Shown piece by piece: positions 56,793 to 64,000 of a stretch of 64,000 bases of DNA (positions are counted from its first letter, which is position 1; each line of letters begins with the position of its first letter). The position numbers were made by a program, and so were the translations under genes. Below the pieces are notes generated by a model that saw only the letters and a list, made by a program, of their open reading frames with translations, did no database searches and was not told where the DNA came from. The stretch comes from an uncultured Rhodobiaceae bacterium (lineage in GTDB: Bacteria > Pseudomonadota > Alphaproteobacteria > Rhizobiales > TMED25), in the NCBI GenBank assembly GCA_913030915.1, contig CAJWEW010000003.1:829-64828 (forward strand). Direction: 5' to 3'.

Positions 56793-58396
56793 CCAAGGAT
56801 AATTTATATATATTTGATACCACGCTAAGAGACGGTAATCAGACGCCTGGTGTAGATTTCACACTTGATGATAAGAACAGAATATCAAATATTCTGGACG
56901 AGCTTGGTGTAGATTATATCGAGGGTGGTTACCCAGGAGCTAACCCAATCGATACCGATTTTTTTAACGCGCTACCAAACCTTAAAAAATCAAAATTTGT
57001 ATCATTTGGAATGACAAAAAGACCAGGCAGATCAACATCGAATGACCCTGGTTTTAATGATCTTTTATCAAATAAAGCAGACTCAATATGTTTTGTAGCA
57101 AAATCTTGGGATTTTCATGTTGTAAAGGCTCTTGGCTGCACACTCGATGAAAATCTAGCTTCGATAACAGAGTCAGTAAAAGAGGCATCAAAAACACATT
57201 CAGAAGTTATGGTTGATTGTGAACATTTTTTTGATGGTTATAAAAAAAATAAAAAATATGCCCTTGCATGCGCAAAAGCAGCTTTCGACTCGGGAGCAAG
57301 ATGGGTTATTTTGTGTGATACAAATGGTGGAACGCTGCCTGATGAAGTGTCTAAAATTGTGAAGGATGTCTGTAAAACGATACCTGGTGACCACCTTGGT
57401 ATCCATGCCCACAATGATACTGGTAATGCCATTGCAAATAGCCTTGCCGCGGTTCAATCTGGCGTTCGCCAGGTTCAAGGAACCCTCAATGGTATTGGTG
57501 AAAGATGCGGAAATGCTAATCTCATCACATTAATACCGACACTTCTCTTGAAGGAGAAGTTTAATGAATATTTTAATATATCTGTTACAAAAGACGCACT
57601 CAAGAATATTAGAAAAACAAGTCTTATCATTGATGATATTATGAATCGGGCGCCCGACAAACAGGCCCCATATGTTGGTGATAGTGCATTCTCAACAAAA
57701 GCTGGTATTCATGCATCCGCAATTGTTAAAGATCCAAAAACTTATGAGCATGTGGATCCAAAATTAATCGGAAATGATAGAAAACTACTGATTTCCGATC
57801 AAGGTGGGCGTTCGAATATTTTATCATCTCTAAAAGATATTGGACTCAATGTAGATAAAGATGATACTAGAATAACAGATTTATTAAATATTGTTAAAGA
57901 GCGTGAGGCCGCTGGCTACACATATGAGAGCGCGCAAGCATCATTCGAGCTCTTGGCCCGAGGTATTTTTGGTAAATCAAAGGATTTTTTCAATGTTGAA
58001 AGTTTTCGAACTCTTGTTGAAAGAAGAAACAATGCAAAGGGTGAGCTCATCACTGTATCTGAAGCGACTGTAAAACTAGAAGTAGATGGTGAGAGGTTTA
58101 TCTCATCAGGTGAGGGTAATGGACCGGTTAATGCTATTGATAATGCCTTGAGGAAAGATCTTGGTAAGTATAACAAGTATCTCAAAAATACGAAGTTAGT
58201 AGACTATAAAGTTCGTGTTTTATCCGGTGGTACAGGTGCTGTTACACGAGTTCTTGTCGAGTCGGCTGATATTGAGACCAGTGAAAGGTGGGTCACCATC
58301 GGTGTATCGCCAAATATAATGGATGCATCATTTCAAGCGCTATACGATTCTATAAATTATAGATTAATACACTCCAAAGTTGATAATATAGCCTAG
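56789..58396 (+). CDS. cimA: citramalate synthase / LeuA-family (long form)
   Basis: 535 aa. 'FDTTLRDGNQ', 'HAHNDTGNAIANSL' and a C-terminal LeuA-dimerisation-like domain. GTG start overlaps the cysS stop (GTGA). Confidence 0.75.
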   Translation: MTKDNLYIFDTTLRDGNQTPGVDFTLDDKNRISNILDELGVDYIEGGYPGANPIDTDFFNALPNLKKSKFVSFGMTKRPGRSTSNDPGFNDLLSNKADSICFVAKSWDFHVVKALGCTLDENLASITESVKEASKTHSEVMVDCEHFFDGYKKNKKYALACAKAAFDSGARWVILCDTNGGTLPDEVSKIVKDVCKTIPGDHLGIHAHNDTGNAIANSLAAVQSGVRQVQGTLNGIGERCGNANLITLIPTLLLKEKFNEYFNISVTKDALKNIRKTSLIIDDIMNRAPDKQAPYVGDSAFSTKAGIHASAIVKDPKTYEHVDPKLIGNDRKLLISDQGGRSNILSSLKDIGLNVDKDDTRITDLLNIVKEREAAGYTYESAQASFELLARGIFGKSKDFFNVESFRTLVERRNNAKGELITVSEATVKLEVDGERFISSGEGNGPVNAIDNALRKDLGKYNKYLKNTKLVDYKVRVLSGGTGAVTRVLVESADIETSERWVTIGVSPNIMDASFQALYDSINYRLIHSKVDNIA

Positions 58397-58962
58397 TGAT
58401 CGGGCGCTTCAATTAATCTTAATATATCACTTGCATTGCTGGCGACTGAATAATTGATACGGGATAAATCGCTGAGAAATTTATATTTATTTAGGTGAAT
58501 TAGCAAATCTATATATGGAGTCCAAAATTCTTCGAAATTTCCAATAATTACTTTTTTACTATGAATCCCAAGTTGATTCCAAGTCAAGACTTCTGTCATC
58601 TCATCAAGGGTACCAATACCACCAGGTAAAACAAGAAAAATATCAGATAAGCTGTACATTGCCATCTTTCTTTCATGCATATCGGTAGTTTCTATTAGCT
58701 TGTGGAAGCCGATATTCCTATCAATATATTTCATGAGAAACTTAGGCACAATTCCTGTCACTTTGACGCCCTTATCGATCATTGATCTTGCCGCATGACC
58801 CATGAGCCCTTTATCGCCTCCTCCATAGACCATATCAATTTTTTTTTCAGAAAATAGCTCACTGAGATGACTAACTTCATCTAGGAAACGATTTTCAGGA
58901 TTAAATGTGCTACAAAAAATACATACAGTTTTGGTCATTTGGAATACCATATTAATTATCAA
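58393..58962 (-). CDS. LOG-family (TIGR00730) nucleotide phosphoribohydrolase
   Basis: 'VYGGGDKGLMG' and 'PGGIGTLDE' motifs. The likely true start is MTKTVCIF at 58938. The stop overlaps the cimA stop (CTAG). Confidence 0.8.
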   Translation of the reverse strand: MIINMVFQMTKTVCIFCSTFNPENRFLDEVSHLSELFSEKKIDMVYGGGDKGLMGHAARSMIDKGVKVTGIVPKFLMKYIDRNIGFHKLIETTDMHERKMAMYSLSDIFLVLPGGIGTLDEMTEVLTWNQLGIHSKKVIIGNFEEFWTPYIDLLIHLNKYKFLSDLSRINYSVASNASDILRLIEAPDH

Positions 58963-59053
58963 TAGAAATTTATATATCTTGTCTAGATAGAAAATACTTT
59001 AATTTGCATTTTATAATACTATAATAAAATAAAATATTAAGTGATTGTTACCA

Positions 59054-60118
59054 ATGTTTAACAATAAAAAAAATTTATCCATCCTAGCATTATTTCTATT
59101 AGTCTTATTCCTTTCTATTTTTCAATACTTCTCATCTCAGAAACATGAGATGGTCGTCGTGCCTGAAGATGAAGTTATTACAAATACGGACTCTATGCCA
59201 AATAATTCTGAGATAATTTCTGACAAAGCAACAGATACATCAGAATTAAGCCAAAAAAGTATGGATGACGCGATAACAGAAACCATCCCCACGACGAAAG
59301 TCCAAGGTTCATTTGACGTTGTCAGGATAGATAATGATGGTGTATCTGTCTTGGCTGGAAAATCATCTCCAAATCAAATAATTAAGATTTACAAAGATGA
59401 TTTTTTGATAGCAGAGGGTTTATCTGATCCCCAAGGGAATTGGGTCATAACTCTCTATGAAAATGTTCCAAATGAGATTTTAAACTTGAAAATCTCAACG
59501 ACTGATCAAGAAGATCAAATCGAGGTTTTCTCTGATCAAATTGTAACAATTATGCCAAATAAAATAGTTGATAAAGTCGAGAATTTATCAATTGATGAAA
59601 ATATTGTACTTTTGACCCAAGATGATAAAGCAAGTCAGATATTATCCGATGATCCAAGTTTTTTACAAGATGAAACAATCGTTAACATTCGAAGCATTGA
59701 TTATAATGACGAAAACTTAGTATTAGGTGGTAATGCTGAGGCGAATAAAGAGGTAAACGCATATATAGATAATAAGTACGTTGGTACGGCAATCTCAGAT
59801 AAATTAGGCAAGTGGACATTAAATATAGATGAAAATATTGTGCCTGGTGAATATGAGATTAGAGCGGATATGGTTGATGATGAAAAATTTGTAATTGCAA
59901 GAACATCAACCAAATTTACAAGATTATTTGACGATTTGGATAATAATTTTGGGATAAATACTATAACTATTGAACCGGGGGATAATTTATGGAATATCTC
60001 AAGGACAAAGTATGGAACTGGAATGCAATATACGGTAATTTATTTAGCTAATTCGAACCAGATAGTGGATCCAGACCTTATATTTCCGGGACAGGTTTTA
60101 ATGGTTCCTGGTTCTTAA
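59054..60118 (+). CDS. LysM peptidoglycan-binding protein with two Ig-like repeats
   Basis: N-terminal anchor. Two similar modules ('VLAGKSSPNQIIKIY...GNWVITL' and 'VLGGNAEANKEVNAY...GKWTLNI'). C-terminal LysM 'ITIEPGDNLWNISRTKYG...IFPGQVLMVP'. Confidence 0.75.
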   Translation: MFNNKKNLSILALFLLVLFLSIFQYFSSQKHEMVVVPEDEVITNTDSMPNNSEIISDKATDTSELSQKSMDDAITETIPTTKVQGSFDVVRIDNDGVSVLAGKSSPNQIIKIYKDDFLIAEGLSDPQGNWVITLYENVPNEILNLKISTTDQEDQIEVFSDQIVTIMPNKIVDKVENLSIDENIVLLTQDDKASQILSDDPSFLQDETIVNIRSIDYNDENLVLGGNAEANKEVNAYIDNKYVGTAISDKLGKWTLNIDENIVPGEYEIRADMVDDEKFVIARTSTKFTRLFDDLDNNFGINTITIEPGDNLWNISRTKYGTGMQYTVIYLANSNQIVDPDLIFPGQVLMVPGS

Positions 60119-63100
60119 TTTTTAATGCCTTCCTATTTTTTATGACATAAGGCATCACTAATAACGTCGGTAGTAATATTAGCGTCAGAACAGTAGAAAA
60201 AGATAGTCCAAATATTATTGCTGTTGACATCTGAACCCACCATGATGAAGTTATTCCGCCCACCAAAATGTCACGTCCAATAAAATCAAATGTTATTTGC
60301 GTTGCCATTGGGATTAGTCCCATAATTGTTGTTATTGTTGTTAAAAGAATTGGCCTGAATCTCTCATTGGCAGTCTGAATGACAGACTTTATAGGATCTT
60401 TCATTTCTTTTAGATTTGTGTTGTAGGTATCTATAAATACAATTGCATTATTTACTACAATTCCTGCAAGCGCGACAATGCCAGTTCCTGTCATGATTAT
60501 TGAAAATGTTTGACCTGTGATTAATATACCCAACATAACTCCAAAGACTGATAAAATTACAGTAAATAGGGTTAGGAAGGTTTGGTAAAAACTATTGAAC
60601 TGAGTAATTAGAATTATGAACATCAATGCAAGCGCTGCAATTGCAGCCTTACTGAGAAAATCACCAGCCTCTTTTTGCTCTTCATCTGCGCCACGAAATT
60701 TAAATTTAAGATCTTCTGGCCATTGCTGAGTCGATAGCCATTGCTCAATTTCACTAACTTTCTGATCTGTGTTAATACCATAATCGGTATTAGCTTTTAC
60801 AACAAAGGCAAATTTACCATTTAGCTTATTAATGATTGGAACTGAGTCACGGTAAGATTTAGATATGATATTGCTGATTGGAATTGACCCCACCTGTGTT
60901 TCAATACTCAGCTGGTCTAATTGATCTATATTTCTATCGCTTTTTGGGAGTCTGGCGCGGATTTCAATTTCTTCCTCTGAGTCATCGGGCCTAAAGTTAC
61001 CTACCATGACACCATTAGTTACAAGTCTTATCACGGAACCAATTGTAGCAACGTCTGTGTTGTAGATCCCAGCCTTTTCTCTATCAACGTTAACAGTCCA
61101 CTCTACACCCGGCAGCGGTCTTGTATCTTCAATATCCTTAATGCCATCAAGATTATTATCAAAGTAACCCCTGATTAGTTTAGTAGCTTCGAATGCATTA
61201 TCATAATTTGCTGAAGTTATCTCAAGTCTGATATTTTTACCTGTAGGGGGGCCTCCTTCGACTTTTCTTATCTCAACGTTAATCCCCGCGATGTCTTTTG
61301 TATTTTCTAGGATCTCATCAAAAATCTCTCTTGCTTTCCTTCTCTTTTCAAAATCTAATAATTCAATACTTATTTGACCAATCGCATCAACCGGCACATC
61401 TTGTTGATCAGCAGGACTACCACCACTATCAATTTTAGATTTTGTATTTATATTTTCAATGCCAGGCACGTTCAGAACGACTGCCTCAACCTCTTCAATC
61501 ATTTTTTTGCTTTCGTATAATGATAGATTGCCTCTCGCTGAGATAAATATTACCGCCTCTTCTGGTTCTTGATCGACAAAGTAATCTACACCATTATTAA
61601 ACTTAACAAAACTACTCATTATGATATAACCCAAGATCAATGCAGATATAAGGACCACAAATGGACGCCTAATTACAGTCTCAACGACTTTCCCGTATAG
61701 TGTCTCATCGTAGTTTGTAATTTTATGGTCTGAATTATTTTTATTATCCCCCCCTATAGACCCTATTACAGGAATGAAGATTAAAGCGGTCGCCAAAGCT
61801 GAGCTTAGTACTATTATGACCATAATAGGCAAATAACTCATGAATTGCCCTGCAACGCCAGGCCATAATAACATAGGTAAGAATGCAGCTAATGTTGTAC
61901 CAGTTGATGCAACAATTGGCCAAAACATTCGCTTGGATGCATTCAAGAAAGCATCTCTACGTGGTGATCCTCTTTCGGTAAGTTTTTTAGAATATTCAAC
62001 AATAACTATAGCGCCATCTACCAGCATACCAACTGTCAGGACGAGACCAAATAGCACCATAATATTTACCGTCATACCAAGTAAATTTACAATAAGAAAA
62101 CTTATGGTAAAAGTAATTGGGATACCAATACCAACAAGCAGGGCGGGGCCTAATCCTAAAACTGCAATTACAGTTATCATGACCAGCACTACTGCTGTTA
62201 AAATAGCTGCTTCAAGCGATTTTAAGACTTCAAAAATATTTGTTGATTGATCAAACGAATAGTCAACATCTATAACATCAGGCCAGTTTTTTGTGAAGCT
62301 ATCGACAACCGATCGAACATTCATATTATTTTCAATAATATTGACGCCCAATCTCTTAACAACCTCAATTGATATTGCTTGTTTGCCATTAAATTTACTG
62401 AAGTCGTTTTGATCAGCATATGTTCGCTTAATTTCAGCAACCTCACCAAGTGTGATTATAATATCCCCATTTCTTTTTACGGGGATTGAGTAAACATCCT
62501 GTATTGTCTTGAATAGGCCTGGAACTTTTATACTAAATTTGCCATTCTCACTCTCTACTGCTCCCGCTGATACAATCTTGTTATTTTGGTTGATGGCATT
62601 AATTAGCTCAAGCGCTGTCAAGTTGTAAGACTCAAGTTTTGATGTGTCAATTATGACCTCAACCATCTCATCTCTTGCGCCAGCTAAGTCGGCGCTCAAT
62701 ACTGAGTCTAATTCTTCGATCTCATCTTGAAGATTATTAGCGTATTTATTAAGCGTACGTTCCGGAACATTACCAGATACCGTAACGATTATTGATGGTA
62801 TGAGAGCGAAATTAATTTCAATAACTTTGGGCTCTTTTGCTTCATCAGGAAGCTCAGACTCAATTTCAGATATTTTTGAACGAATATCAGCCAATGTTTT
62901 TTCATTGTCAATTTTGATATCAAACTCTAAGATTACAGCTCCATAATCTTCTGCCCCAATTGATTGTATTTGCTTCAGCCCATCCATCCCCTTGAGTTTA
63001 TTTTCGAGTGGTCGAAGTATAAGCCTCTCTGAGTCTTGCGAACTAATTCCCGGCTGAGGGACGGATACATAAAATACAGGAATATCTATGTCAGGGTTTG

Positions 63101-63209
63101 ACTCCTTTGGGATTGATATGTAAGAGTAAATACCGCCGATGATTAAAGCCAGCAAAAGCGTGATAATCGTTCTTGGCTGCGAGTGTAATATATCAATGAA
63201 CTTATTCAT
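60078..63209 (-). CDS. RND efflux transporter permease (AcrB/HAE family)
   Basis: 1043 aa, 12-TM pseudo-repeat architecture with two large periplasmic loops. 'VLFGLVLTVGMLVDGAIVIVE' and 'RFRPILLTTITTIMGLIPMA'. Confidence 0.9.
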   Translation of the reverse strand: MNKFIDILHSQPRTIITLLLALIIGGIYSYISIPKESNPDIDIPVFYVSVPQPGISSQDSERLILRPLENKLKGMDGLKQIQSIGAEDYGAVILEFDIKIDNEKTLADIRSKISEIESELPDEAKEPKVIEINFALIPSIIVTVSGNVPERTLNKYANNLQDEIEELDSVLSADLAGARDEMVEVIIDTSKLESYNLTALELINAINQNNKIVSAGAVESENGKFSIKVPGLFKTIQDVYSIPVKRNGDIIITLGEVAEIKRTYADQNDFSKFNGKQAISIEVVKRLGVNIIENNMNVRSVVDSFTKNWPDVIDVDYSFDQSTNIFEVLKSLEAAILTAVVLVMITVIAVLGLGPALLVGIGIPITFTISFLIVNLLGMTVNIMVLFGLVLTVGMLVDGAIVIVEYSKKLTERGSPRRDAFLNASKRMFWPIVASTGTTLAAFLPMLLWPGVAGQFMSYLPIMVIIVLSSALATALIFIPVIGSIGGDNKNNSDHKITNYDETLYGKVVETVIRRPFVVLISALILGYIIMSSFVKFNNGVDYFVDQEPEEAVIFISARGNLSLYESKKMIEEVEAVVLNVPGIENINTKSKIDSGGSPADQQDVPVDAIGQISIELLDFEKRRKAREIFDEILENTKDIAGINVEIRKVEGGPPTGKNIRLEITSANYDNAFEATKLIRGYFDNNLDGIKDIEDTRPLPGVEWTVNVDREKAGIYNTDVATIGSVIRLVTNGVMVGNFRPDDSEEEIEIRARLPKSDRNIDQLDQLSIETQVGSIPISNIISKSYRDSVPIINKLNGKFAFVVKANTDYGINTDQKVSEIEQWLSTQQWPEDLKFKFRGADEEQKEAGDFLSKAAIAALALMFIILITQFNSFYQTFLTLFTVILSVFGVMLGILITGQTFSIIMTGTGIVALAGIVVNNAIVFIDTYNTNLKEMKDPIKSVIQTANERFRPILLTTITTIMGLIPMATQITFDFIGRDILVGGITSSWWVQMSTAIIFGLSFSTVLTLILLPTLLVMPYVIKNRKALKIKNQEPLKPVPEI

Positions 63210-63211
63210 AC

Positions 63212-64000
63212 TCAGCCGTTAACATCTTGAACTGCATTCACAATATCTCCAGACGTAACAAAATCTTGACCAACCGTGATAATTCTTATTATCGGCGGTA
63301 AGTCAGTTACATAAGCACCTTCATTATTTAGATTAGATACTTTGACCTCAATAAATTCAACCATGTTATCTTTTGATATAATTTTAATGCCAATATTTCC
63401 ATCGTCGCTCAGGCTCAAAATAGATGATGGTATGAGATGCGAATTTTTAATTTGATTACTTACAAATATTTCTGCTGTTGTTCCAACTTTGATTTGGTTA
63501 TCAGGATTTTCTATGGCTACTTCAACTGTGAACGTTCTTGTGTCTGGATCTGCAATACTCGAGATATAATTTATCTTACCTTCTAAGAAAGTCTCCCCAA
63601 TCAGCTGTATTTTTGCAGGTGAGTCAATCTTCAGCTTTGATATATTCTTTTCTGAGACGTTCCCTTTTACAATAATTGGATCACTATCCATCAGCACAGC
63701 ACAAATGTCACCCTTCGTAGCTAATTCACCTACCTCAATATTTATATCATTAATTATCCCGTCAATCGGGGCTCTGACATTTAAATACTCTTTGTTTAGT
63801 TCCGCGTTTCGATAATCTGCCTTTGCTTTTTCATAGTTTGCCTCAAGAGAGTTTAAACTATTTTCAGATACAAAACTTTTTTGAGCCAACTTTAGCTGAC
63901 TTTCATATTTTAATTTTGTGTCATTCAAATTAGCTCTTGCAGCTTCAAGTAATTCGTACTTATTCTGTGTCTCAAGTGCACAGATAGTCTGCCCCTTCAG
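63212..64000 (-). CDS. RND efflux periplasmic adaptor (membrane fusion protein), N-terminus beyond the window edge
   Basis: The frame stays open to nt 64000 (..LKGQTICALETQNKYELLEAARANLNDTKLKYES..). Coiled-coil hairpin, 'VRAPIDGIINDINIEVGE' lipoyl-like motif and a beta-barrel tail. It ends 2 nt before the RND pump gene. Confidence 0.8.
   Translation of the reverse strand: MKGQTICALETQNKYELLEAARANLNDTKLKYESQLKLAQKSFVSENSLNSLEANYEKAKADYRNAELNKEYLNVRAPIDGIINDINIEVGELATKGDICAVLMDSDPIIVKGNVSEKNISKLKIDSPAKIQLIGETFLEGKINYISSIADPDTRTFTVEVAIENPDNQIKVGTTAEIFVSNQIKNSHLIPSSILSLSDDGNIGIKIISKDNMVEFIEVKVSNLNNEGAYVTDLPPIIRIITVGQDFVTSGDIVNAVQDVNG

Noticed and set aside
61840-62250. 136-aa plus-strand ORF inside the RND pump gene. 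Similar antisense ORFs lie at 51123-51494, 23481-23798, 13257-13568, 39986-40300 and 57200-57478.
   Set aside because: These are shadow ORFs on the opposite strand of well-supported genes. Their composition is low-complexity and unlike real proteins, with no start context or independent support.
1-64000. Looked for rRNA, tRNA, CRISPR arrays, IS elements or transposases, integrases, phage genes, toxin-antitoxin pairs and known defence genes.
   Set aside because: None were recognisable. Every sizeable ORF has a housekeeping or metabolic identity, and non-coding gaps are too short (maximum 261 nt) and too AT-rich to hold structured RNA genes. I see no evidence for a mobile or defence island here.

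Overview
Very gene-dense, AT-rich chromosomal segment with almost no spacers. I call about 63 protein genes, many with overlapping or abutting starts and stops. It looks like a streamlined marine alphaproteobacterium (Pelagibacterales/HIMB59-like). That guess rests on CcmEFH, class II DAHP synthase, rpiA-gor synteny, Fe-SOD, ProVWX and the compact style, and cannot be verified here. I found no rRNA, tRNA, CRISPR, IS, integrase, phage or recognisable defence genes, so this reads as core metabolism rather than an accessory island.

Gene blocks, left to right:
- Photolyase-like gene fragment and a DUF3429 protein.
- Minus-strand fdh, Baeyer-Villiger monooxygenase and amidase.
- HPP, then divergent NIPSNAP-oxc-frc-(ALDH1L-N-terminal-like formyltransferase)-fhs-(PanE-like reductase): an oxalate/formyl-CoA/formate C1 island.
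- cinA, an MFS transporter, proXWV and sodB (the only clean intrinsic terminator in the window).
- A long minus-strand train: sufE, a non-canonical 10-gene Mrp/Mbh-order antiporter with three NuoL/M/N-type subunits, msrB and gcdH.
- ycgN-ccmEFH.
- An orphan PAS histidine kinase divergent from a hemerythrin-like gene and dusA.
- A late-stage cobalamin cluster (cobS, cobT, cobD, cbiB, cobQ, cobO, cobN, cobU).
- Housekeeping genes: M20 peptidase, gph, rpiA, gor, DAHP synthase, nadE, gltX, a TetR regulator, cysS, cimA, LOG and a LysM protein.
- An RND efflux pair running off the right edge.

Best candidate for something undescribed: the stand-alone homologue of the ALDH1L1 N-terminal formyl-transfer domain, sitting between formyl-CoA transferase and formate-THF ligase. 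It may connect formyl-CoA and 10-formyl-THF, which is a hypothesis only. Secondary leads:
- The fdh-BVMO-amidase operon, whose BVMO fingerprint has a His->Gln change.
- The unusual Mrp architecture, with an embedded 73-aa gene and a NuoL-like tail.
- A cob cluster with an orphan cobN and no room for a riboswitch.

All functional calls come from reading the translated ORFs by eye. No searches were run.
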